Assembly: GCA_965248265.1 (NCBI GenBank) | Contig: CBDFJF010000001.1 | Span: forward strand, 1,632,001 to 1,696,000 | Length of the DNA: 64,000 nucleotides | Reading direction: 5' to 3' | From: Candidatus Latescibacterota bacterium | GTDB taxonomy: Bacteria; Latescibacterota; UBA2968; UBA8231 | Shown here: positions 39,831 through 50,418 of the stretch, piece by piece | Layout of the letters: each line of letters starts with the position of its first letter | How positions within the stretch are numbered: position 1 is the first letter of the stretch | Program-made: the position numbers and the translations under genes | The notes under the pieces: model-generated | The model's input: the letters and a program-made list of their open reading frames with translations, nothing else | The model's database searches: none | What the model was told of the DNA's origin: nothing

Positions 39831-40691
39831 TTATGCTTGCTCGGGCACCGACTGGGCGGGCGTTCCCAGCTCCCGCGTCCTCTCATGCCATTTGAACTTG
39901 ATCTCCCCGGTCAAGAGAGCGCGGTGTTCATCTGACAGACCGGCGACCAACGCGGCGTTGGGCTCGTACCCGTGCCAGCTCTGAAACATCGTCGGCGTGT
40001 ACCCACCGACGATCAGCACCCGATCGTTGTCGGAGCGGATGATGCCATGAGAGTGCATCAGCGACTCGTAGAACAAGAGCGTCGAACCAGCCGGCGCTTC
40101 GACTTGATGGATGAGGCGGGAGTCTTCCATGGCCGCGCTGATGATATCGGCGGCTGTGACCTCCCTGGTGATCTTGTGTGTTCCGGCGATCACCGTCGTT
40201 CCCCCGTCGTCGGGGCCCAGATCGGTGAGATTGGTCAACGCCTTGACGAAGGTGAAGTGGTAGAGCCCCTTACCGGTATGGGAGAAGCCACCGTAAATGC
40301 CTCGATGAAACCCGTAGTGACTGTCCTTGTCCGGTCTGAGGAGGTGGGCGTCGGATTGCTCCAGCCGTACAGCACCTCCACAGATCTCTTCCGCCATTCC
40401 AACTATTCGACGATCCGTCAGGTAGTCGAAGTAACAGGGAGCCAGGTGCGGCAGGTTGTCGAGGCGCCATGCTTGCTGGCTGGACGCAGACAGATGGCAG
40501 TCAGGACCCGGCAACTCACCAGTTTTCCGGTACCTCGATTCCATCTCATAAACGGTTTCGCGCAACACCTCCACGTGATCAGCTGATATCAGCTCTTCGA
40601 GGATGACGTAACCGTTTACCTCCAGGTGCAGCCGCTGAGCCGGAGTCAGCGCCGGAAAGGGCACGTTGCGTGTTGGGGGATGCTTACTCAT
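39831..40691 (-). CDS. PhyH-family Fe(II)/2OG enzyme with H-x-G motif
   Basis: NGYV, FHRG, DGGT.VIAGTH, AGS.LLF...LMH, DR. Confidence 0.85.
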   Translation of the reverse strand: MSKHPPTRNVPFPALTPAQRLHLEVNGYVILEELISADHVEVLRETVYEMESRYRKTGELPGPDCHLSASSQQAWRLDNLPHLAPCYFDYLTDRRIVGMAEEICGGAVRLEQSDAHLLRPDKDSHYGFHRGIYGGFSHTGKGLYHFTFVKALTNLTDLGPDDGGTTVIAGTHKITREVTAADIISAAMEDSRLIHQVEAPAGSTLLFYESLMHSHGIIRSDNDRVLIVGGYTPTMFQSWHGYEPNAALVAGLSDEHRALLTGEIKFKWHERTRELGTPAQSVPEQA

Positions 40692-40859
40692 CCTGGTCTC
40701 CCTTTATTCCACATCAGCCTGTGGTATGCCATGCCGGTAAACGCTCAAATTGGCACCCCGGCACGAACAGCGCAGTGTATTATTTTTTGCACTCCTGGGC
40801 CAGATTGTGGACCAGATCCCAGACCAGAGATCTTACTCGATAATGGAAGGAACGATCCA

Positions 40860-41546
40860 ATGACGACCGCGATGACGAGCGTGGCCCCGAAGATCCTCGA
40901 AGAGCTCAAGGAGTTCGACTCCCCCACCATCTTCAACGCCATCCTGGCCATGGAGGGCAAGCCGAACGAGGACTACACCGACCACACCATCAACTGCCTG
41001 TTGCCGGAATTCGGTCCCATCATCGGCTACGCCGTGACCGCTGAAGTCACGACGAACGACGAGGACTCCGCCGCCGTTTCCTGGGACGACTATTACACCA
41101 TGGTGGATGAGCGGGATGGCCCCCTGATCGCCGTCATGAAAGACGTTGACTCCAGACCGGGCCGGGGCGCCTCCTTCGGCGATGGCATGGCGACCCTGCA
41201 CAAGACCCTGGGAGTCGTCGGCGTCATCGTCGACGGCACCGTCCGTGACCTCGCCGGAATCCGCCGGGTAGGCATGCCGACCTACGCCTGGGGCACTGTG
41301 CCCGGACATGGCCAGTTCAACGTCACCCGCTTCGACGCACCCCTGACGGCCGGACAACTGCGCGTTCACCCCGGTGACTTGCTGTTCGCCGACGGCGACG
41401 GCTGCCAGCGCATCCCCAACGATCGCGCCGAAGAGGTCCTCGACCATGCCAACCAGGTCAGGGAAAAGGAGGCTGCCATCTTCGAATTTTACGGCTCTGC
41501 CGATTTCACCGTCGCCGAGATGATTGCCCGCAAGGCCAAGAAGTAA
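40860..41546 (+). CDS. RraA family / HMG aldolase-like protein
   Basis: GYAVT, FGDGM, DGTVRD, PGDLLFADGDG. Confidence 0.9.
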   Translation: MTTAMTSVAPKILEELKEFDSPTIFNAILAMEGKPNEDYTDHTINCLLPEFGPIIGYAVTAEVTTNDEDSAAVSWDDYYTMVDERDGPLIAVMKDVDSRPGRGASFGDGMATLHKTLGVVGVIVDGTVRDLAGIRRVGMPTYAWGTVPGHGQFNVTRFDAPLTAGQLRVHPGDLLFADGDGCQRIPNDRAEEVLDHANQVREKEAAIFEFYGSADFTVAEMIARKAKK

Positions 41547-41581
41547 TGATCAGATCGGTTCTGTCGCGGATGAGGTTCGCC

Positions 41582-43738
41582 CTACCTGGCATCCAACACC
41601 TCACGAATCTGTCCAGCTACCACGGTTGCCTTCGCCGGCTTGGTGATCACGTGGAGAGATTCGTCCACCGCATCGGAGTTGTATCCAGTAAAGATCATCA
41701 CCTTTAGTTCGGCATTCAGGTCACGCAGAGACCGCAGTACCTCCTCACCCGAGATCTTTGGCATGGACAGATCGAGCACGACAAGATCGACCTCCTCTTG
41801 GTGTTGCCTGTACACATCCAGACCTTTCTCACCGTCTTCTGCTTGTAAAACCCGATACCCAAGTCCCGACAGGTAGGTGGACAGGCTGGTCCTGATGATC
41901 TCCTCGTCGTCAATCACCAGGATCGTCTCCGTCCCACCAGAAGAGGCCGGTTGCACTGAGTCCTTCATCCGTTCGAACTGGATGTTACCATTGGCACTCG
42001 GCAGGCTGACCGTGAAAGTGGTTCCAACTCCTTTGGTGCTTTCGCACTCGATCCAGCCACCGTGATGTTTGACGATACCGAATGCCGTGGCCAGTCCCAG
42101 TCCGGTACCGGCGCCGACCTCCTTGGTCGTGAAAAACGGCTCGAAAATCCGTGCCTTGACGGCTTCTTCCATCCCGGCACCGTTGTCGGATACCTGGATC
42201 CTGACGTGTCGATCCGTTTCGGCCCCTGTCCCGTTTCGCTGACTGGCCTCCAGGCGGATAAACGGCGCCGCCGTTGCCTTGACCGCATCCCGGGCGTTGA
42301 GGCACATGTTCAGGAAGACCTGCTGTAGCTGGCCGAAATCGCCGAGAGTCACCGGTAGCGACCCAGGTGTTTGCAGAGTGATATCGATCCTGCGGTCGAA
42401 TGTCCGCTGACAGATCGTCACAATCTCGCTGAGCATTTGCCCGATATCGATCGGTCTGGATTGCGCGGAATCGGCCGTGCGGGTGAACAACAGCAATTCT
42501 CTCACGATCTCCGCTCCTCGCGCCGACGTCTCCTGGGCGTCGAGAAGATGACGCTTGACCTGCTCCTGCGGAGCCTCGAGAGCGACGTCCAGACTCCCCA
42601 TTATCCCCTGCAACAGATTGTTGAAATTATGGGCGATACCGGCCGACAGCTGGCCCACCGCTTCCAGACGTTGCGACTGACGCAGTTGCTCTTCGGCGTT
42701 CTTGCGCTCGGCAATTTCTCTTTGAAGTTCCACATTCGCTGTCGCCAGTTCGGAGGTTCGATCGGCGACTCGCTGTTCGAGTGTTTCGTTGATGGCCGCC
42801 AGTTGATCACTTGCCTGTCGCCGCTCCGTCAGTACGGCAACCAGCGCAAGCATCGTCAGTGCGACCATACAGACGAACGACTGCAACAGAAGCAGCGACA
42901 TGTTGAGAGAATCCGGTATGAAGAACGGACCAGAGCCGCTCACGGTTGCCCATATCGCGATTCCGGAGATCAGGAGAATCGCCAATGTCACCTGCCGTTG
43001 GCCGAAGCGAAAAACCGACCACAGAAGGAATGGCATCAGCAGGTAGACCTGTGAATGCAAGATGCCTGATGGATACCAGAGTTCGAAGGTCATGAGGCCT
43101 ACCGCGAACAGCGCCGTGAACAGCAGCGTGGTCTCCCACAGCGCATGGCTTCGCTCGGCTCGATCCGACCTCCTGAACAGGCTCACCAATGCTGGCGTCA
43201 GAATGAGGACCCCGGCGAGGTCTCCCAGCCACCAGGTGAACCAGATTTGACTGTACATCACCCATCGGACGATTCCGAACACAGCCAGACCAGTGGTGCC
43301 GACCGTGCTGCTCACCAGACACATCAACAGCGCGGCAACCAGGAATTTGAACACCGACGAGGCGCTGTCGAAAGGTCTGGTTGCGGCTCCAAGGCGGCGC
43401 AACAACATCACGCCGCACACGGCCTCGAGGGTGTTCCCGATGGCAATCCACAAGGACAGCGCAGCCGCCCCCGGCAACCCGGCAGTCTGGTTCATAAGGA
43501 AGACGACGATGTTCGCCAGGAACGCCCCTATGGCGACTCCAGGCCATACCCGATAGCCGAGCAGAAGCAGGGCGGCAAAGGCGATGCCGGAGGGAGGCCA
43601 CACCGGTGACGCGTTCGTCTTTTGGAAGGCGAGCAACAAGCCCAGGTGGGCCGAACCGTAGTACATCGCCGCCACGCAGAGAACGAGCAGCGATCCAGCC
43701 AACCAGGAAGGGAGAGTTTTCAAGCGAATGAAAGTCAT
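41582..43738 (-). CDS. MASE1-domain hybrid sensor histidine kinase
   Basis: WPPSG and WWLGD (MASE1), AHNFNN H-box, DNGAG, FFTTK, GTGLGL, C-terminal receiver. Confidence 0.92.
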   Translation of the reverse strand: MTFIRLKTLPSWLAGSLLVLCVAAMYYGSAHLGLLLAFQKTNASPVWPPSGIAFAALLLLGYRVWPGVAIGAFLANIVVFLMNQTAGLPGAAALSLWIAIGNTLEAVCGVMLLRRLGAATRPFDSASSVFKFLVAALLMCLVSSTVGTTGLAVFGIVRWVMYSQIWFTWWLGDLAGVLILTPALVSLFRRSDRAERSHALWETTLLFTALFAVGLMTFELWYPSGILHSQVYLLMPFLLWSVFRFGQRQVTLAILLISGIAIWATVSGSGPFFIPDSLNMSLLLLQSFVCMVALTMLALVAVLTERRQASDQLAAINETLEQRVADRTSELATANVELQREIAERKNAEEQLRQSQRLEAVGQLSAGIAHNFNNLLQGIMGSLDVALEAPQEQVKRHLLDAQETSARGAEIVRELLLFTRTADSAQSRPIDIGQMLSEIVTICQRTFDRRIDITLQTPGSLPVTLGDFGQLQQVFLNMCLNARDAVKATAAPFIRLEASQRNGTGAETDRHVRIQVSDNGAGMEEAVKARIFEPFFTTKEVGAGTGLGLATAFGIVKHHGGWIECESTKGVGTTFTVSLPSANGNIQFERMKDSVQPASSGGTETILVIDDEEIIRTSLSTYLSGLGYRVLQAEDGEKGLDVYRQHQEEVDLVVLDLSMPKISGEEVLRSLRDLNAELKVMIFTGYNSDAVDESLHVITKPAKATVVAGQIREVLDAR

Positions 43739-43754
43739 GTAGCTGAAAACATGA

Positions 43755-45149
43755 TCAACTGTCTTCCTTGACAGTGGGCAGTCCCGCCGCCTCCCACGCC
43801 TCGAGCCCCCCAACGAGATCCGCCACGGGGACATCAGGAAGCTCGCGCATGATCAGACTGGCAGCAATCGAAGACCGGTAGCCGCCGGCGCAATGCACGA
43901 CGACTTCGCCCTCGATTCCCCGTTCGAGATACTCTCCGAGTTTATTCAGAGGAACGTTGATGCTGTCTGCAATATGCTCCTCCGAGTATTCACCGGGACC
44001 GCGCACATCGATGATCGTCGAGGTTTCGGCATCGAGCTTTTCACTCAGCGAACCCGCCGTGACACGCTCAACCCGGCACACCAGATCTGGACGCGTTTCC
44101 AGCGCTTCCATGCCCCCGTTCAGAAAGCCGGCCACCCTGTCGAAGCCGATGCGCCCGAGTCTGATGGCAGCCTCTTCTTCTCGCCCTCTCTCGGCGATCA
44201 GGATGATCGGCTCGTCGGTGCTGAGCAACGTCCCGGCCCAGGTGGCATACTTTCCCTGCAGACCGACGTTCAGGCACCCCACCAGGTGAGCCCCGGCAAA
44301 ATCGGAGGGCTCACGTGTGTCCAACAGTTGAGCACCGGCGACAGCCTGTTCGTGGACTTGCTCGATCGTCAGTGGCTTCAAGCCATGACTGAGCGAGGCC
44401 TCCAACGTCGGGTGCTGTTTTGTATTGAGAATGGCGTCGTACGTGAAGTAATCGGGTGTATCCGGTTGATCGGCACAGACGATGCGGATGAACTCCTCCG
44501 AAGTCATCGGCTGCAGCGCGTAGTTGTACTGCCGCTGAATCCCGATCGTCGATACCGTGTCCTCACTCATGTTCTTGCCGCACAGAGAACCGGCGCCGTG
44601 GGCCGGGTAGACGAGGGTCTCATCGGGGAGTGTCAGCAGCTTGTCGTGGATGCTGTCGTAGAGCAGGGCACCCAACTCCTCGGCCGTCCAACCCAGCGAA
44701 GCCCGTAGATCGGGTCGGCCGACGTCACCGATAAACAAGGTGTCGCCTGTGAGTACGGCATGGGCACTCTGGCTTTCTCCTTCGAACACGAGGATGCATA
44801 TCGATTCGGGTGAATGACCCGGGGTTGATAACACCTGCAGTCGCAATCTTCCCAGCCCCAGCATTTCACCATCATCCATGGCGGTGAACTCGTACTCCGC
44901 TTGCGCCCTGGCGCCCAGATAGATTCCGGCCCCGACACGATCTCGAAGCTCGAGATGACCGGCCAGGAAATCGGCGTGAAAGTGACTCAGGAATACCGCA
45001 TCGATGGTCAGGTCACCTGCTTCGGCGTCCTTCAGATACTGGTCGATGTCTCGCTGCGGATCGACGACGGCCGCACGGCCGCTTTCTTCGTCGCCGATCA
45101 GATAGGACGCATGTGCGAGGCACCCCAGGTAATACTGTTTCAGTATCAT
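43755..45149 (-). CDS. MBL-fold persulfide dioxygenase-rhodanese fusion
   Basis: HFHADF, TPGH, GDTLF.GDVGRPD, PAHGAGSLCG; two rhodanese domains, the last with CAGGYRS. Confidence 0.9.
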   Translation of the reverse strand: MILKQYYLGCLAHASYLIGDEESGRAAVVDPQRDIDQYLKDAEAGDLTIDAVFLSHFHADFLAGHLELRDRVGAGIYLGARAQAEYEFTAMDDGEMLGLGRLRLQVLSTPGHSPESICILVFEGESQSAHAVLTGDTLFIGDVGRPDLRASLGWTAEELGALLYDSIHDKLLTLPDETLVYPAHGAGSLCGKNMSEDTVSTIGIQRQYNYALQPMTSEEFIRIVCADQPDTPDYFTYDAILNTKQHPTLEASLSHGLKPLTIEQVHEQAVAGAQLLDTREPSDFAGAHLVGCLNVGLQGKYATWAGTLLSTDEPIILIAERGREEEAAIRLGRIGFDRVAGFLNGGMEALETRPDLVCRVERVTAGSLSEKLDAETSTIIDVRGPGEYSEEHIADSINVPLNKLGEYLERGIEGEVVVHCAGGYRSSIAASLIMRELPDVPVADLVGGLEAWEAAGLPTVKEDS

Positions 45150-45479
45150 GGGGTCTCTCCTTTGGGTTCCCTCGGCCACCCTACCGGACCGGTTGGCCAC
45201 AGGTAATAAATTGACGCACGTACGCCTAAGCTGCCAGACCTCAGTCCTCGTCACTCTTTCGCTCCCGCCATCAACCCCGCCGTTCAGAGTCCGATGATCT
45301 CTCCCGCATGCTTGAGAGCCCCTGGTCAGCGTCTCCAGAACTCCTTCCCGCGCCAACATCCTTGCCACAATCGGTCACACAGGGTGGGACACTGAACTTG
45401 ATCGATTCAGGTAACATCGAGCTGGAGTCACATGACCTTGGCCTGCGGGATGCCGAAGACGACTGAGTCCTGCCAGGAC

Positions 45480-45529
45480 TGCCATTTTGACAGGTTTAGA
45501 AAGGACAGTTGCGATCTGTCAGGTTGGCA
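45480..45529. promoter_or_regulatory. candidate enhancer (bEBP) sites upstream of lon
   Basis: TGCCATTTTGACAG and CTGTCAGGTTGGCA form an inverted pair, each quasi-palindromic. Confidence 0.45.
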
Positions 45530-45604
45530 AAGTCACCTCACTCGACCAGTAATATTTCACAACATACTGTAATTAATGTTGTTAAATAATTCGTTACATC
45601 TTCG

Positions 45605-45620
45605 AGGTACGGTTATTGCA
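45605..45620 (+). promoter_or_regulatory. putative sigma54 -24/-12 promoter of lon
   Basis: AGGTACGGTTATTGCA (GG-N10-GC), preceded by a very AT-rich tract at 45549-45598. Confidence 0.5.
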
Positions 45621-45684
45621 ACTCCGGCGAGTGGAATGACATAGCATGCCAAAAGTGAGTGAATGAACGCAAAGGAGATCTGAA

Positions 45685-48180
45685 ATGGCCGTATCCAGTG
45701 ACACAGTTGAGGTGAAAGAGGTGGCAGAAGGGGAGGAGAGCCTTGCGAGGCGATCCTTTCCTCCCGAGCTGCCCTTACTGATCACACCACAGGTCGTCAT
45801 CTACCCCGGTATGGCCTCGCCATTGGTGATCGACGACCGCGACTCCGTGAACATGGTCCAGGCTGCCCTCAAGACCGGCAACAACGTCGTCGCCTTGTTC
45901 GGTCGCGTGTCCAGCGAGCAGGATGTGAGCGAAGAGGATGAGGTGGTTGCAGGATCGAGCGGGGATGATCTCTATCCGGTTGGCGCAGCAGTCCAGCTCG
46001 TCAGATCGCAGAAGGCTTCAGACGGTCGCCTGCAGCTGCTCGTCCAGGGCCTTGCCCGGATCAAGATCCAGCGGAAGTTGACCGACACCTCCTACCCGAT
46101 GGCCAGCGTCCAGGAACTGGAGGATCTCGAGGAGACCTCGACCCGTTCCGAGGCCATGGTGCGCAACGTGACCAGCCAGTTTCGCAAGGCGGTTTCATTG
46201 GCACCAAGCGTCCCAAAGGAAGTGGCAGAAACTGTTGGCGCGTTACCGGAGACCGGCCAGAAGGCCGATTTCATCGCCACCCAGCTGAACCTGGACTTCG
46301 CCGAGCGGCAGGAGATTCTCGGCGAGCTCAACGTGCATCGCCGCTTCGAAACCTTGAACACCTACCTCAACCGTGAAGTGGAAATCCTCGAGCTGCGTGA
46401 AAAAATCAGCAGCGAAGCAGCCGGAACCATGGAAAAGGCCCAGCGAGAGTTCTTCCTGCGCCAGCAGCTGCACGCCATTCAGGAAGAGTTGGGGGAGGAG
46501 GGCAGCACCAAAGAGATCGATGACCTCCGCGACTCCATCGAGGCGGCAGGGCTGCCACCGGAGGCCAAACAGGAAGCGGATCGGGAGCTGTCACGCTTGG
46601 CCAGCACGCCGCAGGCCTCACCGGAGTACTCGGTTTCGCGCACGTATTTGGATTGGCTCGCAAACCTGCCGTGGAGTAACTCCAGCGAAAGCGACCTCGA
46701 TCTGGGCTTGGCCGAACGCGTTCTGAACCAGGATCACTACGGCCTCGATAAGCCCAAGGACCGGATCCTCGAGTACCTCTCGGTCAGACGGCTGAAGGAA
46801 GACATGCGCGGACCGATATTGTGCCTGGTCGGTCCGCCGGGAGTCGGCAAGACCTCGCTGGGCAAATCCGTCGCCCGGGCCATGGGGCGAGAGTTCGTGC
46901 GCATGTCGCTGGGCGGGGTCAGAGACGAGTCGGAGATCCGTGGTCATCGCCGCACTTACGTCGGAGCCATGCCCGGACGCATCGTGCAGAGCCTGCGCCG
47001 GGCCGGCACCAACAACCCGGTCTTCATGCTCGACGAGATCGACAAGCTGGGCTCGGACTTTCGCGGTGATCCTTCATCGGCGCTGCTGGAAGTGCTGGAT
47101 CCGGAGCAGAACCACACCTTCGTCGATCACTATCTGGACGTAGCCTTCGACCTGTCCAAGGTCATGTTCATCGCCACGGCGAACTCCTTGCACTCAATCC
47201 CACCTGCACTGCTTGATCGCATGGAAGTGCTTGAGTTGTCGGGGTACACCGAGGACGAGAAGCTGGAGATCGCCCGGCGTTACCTGATCCCGAAGCAGGT
47301 TTCCGAGCACGGACTCTCCAGCTCCAAGCTCTACATCGACAAAGGTGCCGTCAGATCGGTCATCGGGCACTATACCAGGGAGGCGGGGTTGCGCAATCTC
47401 GAACGCGAGATCGGTACGATCTCACGCAAGGTGGCGCGCAAGTTCGCCCAGGGCCGCCAGCGCCGCATCCGCGTCCAGGAACAGCATCTCAGCGATTACC
47501 TCGGTCCCGTACGCTTCCGCCACGAAGTCGCTGAGGAATCACACGAGGTCGGAGTCGTCGCCGGGTTGGCGTGGACGCCTGTTGGCGGAGACGTCCTCTT
47601 CGTCGAGGGGTCGGTGATGCCGGGTCAAGGCAGGATGAAGCTGACCGGCCAGATGGGCGACGTGATGAAGGAATCGGTCGAAGCCGCCATGACCTACGTC
47701 AGATCGCGGTGGCAGTCGTTGGGATTGCAGGAGTCGTTCGCCCAGAACCAGGACCTCCACATTCACGTGCCTGCCGGCGCCATTCCCAAGGATGGCCCCT
47801 CCGCCGGCATCACCATGGCCACGGTGCTGGCCTCCGTGTTCACAGGCCGATCCGTGCGCAAGGACGTGGCCATGACCGGAGAGATCACCCTGCGCGGCAA
47901 GGTCCTGCCGATCGGCGGGGTTCGCGACAAGGTGCTGGCGGCGCATCGGGCCGGGATACGGACGGTGATTCTGCCGGCTGACAACCGCAAGGACGCGGAG
48001 GAGATTCCCGAGACCGTGCGCAAAGAGCTGAAGCTTGTCTTCGTCGACCACGTCGACAAGGTGATCGATCTGGCTCTGGTCAAAGGGAGGCGGAAGAAGG
48101 CCAACCGTAGCACGTCAGCAAATGGCGGGGGAACGACGCCGAATCCGGCAGTGCGGATACCGGTGTCGTCCGTCAACTGA
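45685..48180 (+). CDS. lon: ATP-dependent Lon protease
   Basis: Lon N domain, [33 protein letters not shown]; AAGGAG RBS. Confidence 0.97.
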   Translation: MAVSSDTVEVKEVAEGEESLARRSFPPELPLLITPQVVIYPGMASPLVIDDRDSVNMVQAALKTGNNVVALFGRVSSEQDVSEEDEVVAGSSGDDLYPVGAAVQLVRSQKASDGRLQLLVQGLARIKIQRKLTDTSYPMASVQELEDLEETSTRSEAMVRNVTSQFRKAVSLAPSVPKEVAETVGALPETGQKADFIATQLNLDFAERQEILGELNVHRRFETLNTYLNREVEILELREKISSEAAGTMEKAQREFFLRQQLHAIQEELGEEGSTKEIDDLRDSIEAAGLPPEAKQEADRELSRLASTPQASPEYSVSRTYLDWLANLPWSNSSESDLDLGLAERVLNQDHYGLDKPKDRILEYLSVRRLKEDMRGPILCLVGPPGVGKTSLGKSVARAMGREFVRMSLGGVRDESEIRGHRRTYVGAMPGRIVQSLRRAGTNNPVFMLDEIDKLGSDFRGDPSSALLEVLDPEQNHTFVDHYLDVAFDLSKVMFIATANSLHSIPPALLDRMEVLELSGYTEDEKLEIARRYLIPKQVSEHGLSSSKLYIDKGAVRSVIGHYTREAGLRNLEREIGTISRKVARKFAQGRQRRIRVQEQHLSDYLGPVRFRHEVAEESHEVGVVAGLAWTPVGGDVLFVEGSVMPGQGRMKLTGQMGDVMKESVEAAMTYVRSRWQSLGLQESFAQNQDLHIHVPAGAIPKDGPSAGITMATVLASVFTGRSVRKDVAMTGEITLRGKVLPIGGVRDKVLAAHRAGIRTVILPADNRKDAEEIPETVRKELKLVFVDHVDKVIDLALVKGRRKKANRSTSANGGGTTPNPAVRIPVSSVN

Positions 48181-48205
48181 ACCAGCGTCGCAAGATAATG
48201 ACGGA

Positions 48206-48235
48206 GCGCCGGGGCTGGTCGTGGTCCCGGCGTTT
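48206..48235. terminator. GC hairpin between convergent genes
   Basis: GCGCCGGGG...TCCCGGCGT followed by a short T run. Confidence 0.4.
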
Positions 48236-48266
48236 CCACCATAAATGAGCCGCCTGCGGCGCGGCG

Positions 48267-49085
48267 TTACTCGTTGAAGTTGTAGATACCCAGCGCGGTC
48301 TTGCCAAGCACCCACTCTTGATCCTCTCCGCTGAGCCAGTCGATGTGCTCCTGGAACATCTCCAGCGCTGGTTTATACTTCGTCTGCCGCTCAACGCCGG
48401 GAAAGTTGGTCCCCCACATCAACCGCTGCGGCCCGAAGGCGTCGAAGATGCGCTTGAAACCGTCGTGAGAATCCTTGTAGGGAAACTCCTCCTGCTCTTT
48501 GTGCGGAATCAACTTCACGTACACGTTCGGATACTTCGCCAAATTGAGGACCGGTTGCATGCCCGGGTACGGAGCCTCTTCGATTCTCGGCGCGCCGCCG
48601 TTGTGGTCGAGGGCGAGAGGGACATCCGGGTGCCTGGCAACAATTGGTTCAATATCGGGGTACAATGTTGAGGGTCCGTGTGAGATGAAGCCGGCTCCCA
48701 ACTCGGCAGCCTTGTCCCAGATGGGATCCTGATCCGCGCCCGCCCACATGGACGGGTGGTCGGGTTTCGACAGATGGATCCGCAAGCCGCTGAATCCGTG
48801 CTCCTTTACCAGCACCTCGAGACGCTCGGCCGCCCCGGGCTCGAACTGGTTGACCAGGCCCATGGCCGCGAACTTGCCCGGAAAGCGCTTGAGCGTGTCG
48901 GCCACGTAACTGTTGTCGAATAGATAGTGAATCGGCTGCACGATGACGGCCCTGTCGACCCCGGCCTCAGCCATCTTCGTGTTGAGGAACTCGACGCTGC
49001 CATCCTCGTCCACGGTCCTGCCCTCGTTCATCGGGTACTTTTCGAAATCGCTGCTGTGTACGTGCAGATGGGTGTCGACAACCAT
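48267..49085 (-). CDS. amidohydrolase family (Amidohydro_2) protein
   Basis: DTHLH, LDH, NVYVK, RLMWGTNFP. Confidence 0.9.
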   Translation of the reverse strand: MVVDTHLHVHSSDFEKYPMNEGRTVDEDGSVEFLNTKMAEAGVDRAVIVQPIHYLFDNSYVADTLKRFPGKFAAMGLVNQFEPGAAERLEVLVKEHGFSGLRIHLSKPDHPSMWAGADQDPIWDKAAELGAGFISHGPSTLYPDIEPIVARHPDVPLALDHNGGAPRIEEAPYPGMQPVLNLAKYPNVYVKLIPHKEQEEFPYKDSHDGFKRIFDAFGPQRLMWGTNFPGVERQTKYKPALEMFQEHIDWLSGEDQEWVLGKTALGIYNFNE

Positions 49086-49158
49086 GGTTATTCACTCCTC
49101 AGATGAGAATTCGACAGTGACGACGTGATGGCCTTCTCTGAGAGCGGAGTCGCAAGCC

Positions 49159-49965
49159 TCAGTTCAGTAAATCGCGTAGATGAGCCGCCGCCTTACCGAT
49201 CAGTTCGGTACGGTCGTCCTGCTCCTTGCCCTCGTAGACGATGGAAATACAACCATTGTAGTCGCCTGCTTTCAGAACCCCGGCAACCCGCTCGTAATCG
49301 AGCACCTGCTCACGACCGCTGGCAATCTTGTAGATCTTGCAACGCACGTAACTGGAATGGGGCAGCGTCTGCTCCATGTAGCTGTAGATGTCGACATCCG
49401 GATCGGCATCACCCGCCGCACCTGGTGAGCCACGCCACTGACCCGTATCCATGATGAACGAAAAATTGGGATGGTCTACATCCTCGATAATCCGCAGCAC
49501 ATCGGGACCTGTCGCGGCCAGGTTGCGGTTGTCGTGATTCTGCATCGCCACGACCACACCCTTGTCGGCGCCGTACTCGCTGACTTCACGCAGGCAGCGA
49601 GCCAGTGCGGCAAACATCGGATCCCGGTTCTCGAGCTCAAAGGTGGTCCAACCGAAGACGCGAATCAGCGGCGCTCCCAGAACGAGCGCCATGTCGACGG
49701 CCGACTTGCACTCATCAATCTTCTCTCGCTGAAAGTCTTCGTCACCCGCGAACCCACCGCCGACGCCCAGGTAACCCACGGGCAGCCCAAGGTCCAGGCA
49801 CTGACGCTTGATTCCCAACAGGTAGTCGACGTCAGCGGATTCGAATGCCCGTTGATGAAAATCCAGACAGTCGAGCCGCAAGTCATGGCAGGTCTGGATG
49901 AAGTCCTCGACGCTGATCGGAGGAGCGCCTTTATAGCTGAGGTAGTTACAGCCGATTTTTATCAA
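49159..49965 (-). CDS. sugar phosphate isomerase/epimerase TIM barrel
   Basis: IRVFG, MQNH, MDTGQW, DYNGCISIVYEG. Confidence 0.85.
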   Translation of the reverse strand: MIKIGCNYLSYKGAPPISVEDFIQTCHDLRLDCLDFHQRAFESADVDYLLGIKRQCLDLGLPVGYLGVGGGFAGDEDFQREKIDECKSAVDMALVLGAPLIRVFGWTTFELENRDPMFAALARCLREVSEYGADKGVVVAMQNHDNRNLAATGPDVLRIIEDVDHPNFSFIMDTGQWRGSPGAAGDADPDVDIYSYMEQTLPHSSYVRCKIYKIASGREQVLDYERVAGVLKAGDYNGCISIVYEGKEQDDRTELIGKAAAHLRDLLN

Positions 49966-49968
49966 TGA

Positions 49969-50135
49969 TTAACCTGCTGGAAATCGATACTCGATGAAGG
50001 CGATGATGATGGTCGCGAATACCCCGCTGATCCCGATCATGGCATAGAGGTTGTGGCGCAGACCTGCTGATCTTCGCGCAAGTACGAGATGCCCCAGTGC
50101 ATGTCTTCCGGCGGTGGTGAGGTGGATTCGGCCAT
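49969..50135 (-). pseudogene. small membrane protein, apparently frameshifted
   Basis: AGGAG RBS, MAESTSPPPEDMHWGISYLRED, then a hydrophobic tail LYAMIGISGVFATIIIAFIEY in another frame. Confidence 0.35.
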
Positions 50136-50418
50136 CAGGTTTCTCCTGAAGATAGAGTTGGACCAGTTGATGACCAAGCCCGAAGAAAGGCGGTGCCGCC
50201 TCCGCCGTGAAGAAGGACCATGGCGGGACTGCTCGCCCTCTTTCAGTTTGGGTAACCCATCAAGGCGAAAACCGTAGTCCTGTTTCCTCGATAGGGTTCA
50301 TTCTCGATGTATACAGCTACAACGCCTTCGGCGCCGAATCCCTTGGCGGGTTGGTAATCGGGTTTCTCGAAGAGCCCTTGGAGATGATGTCCAGAAAGCA
50401 GCGTGCTGACCACCCTTC

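Noticed and set aside
45150-45368. N-terminal extensions in the ORF track (also 9341, 16443, 32639, 37631, 38323, 40626)
   Set aside because: Family homology, and in several cases an RBS, points to the downstream ATG.
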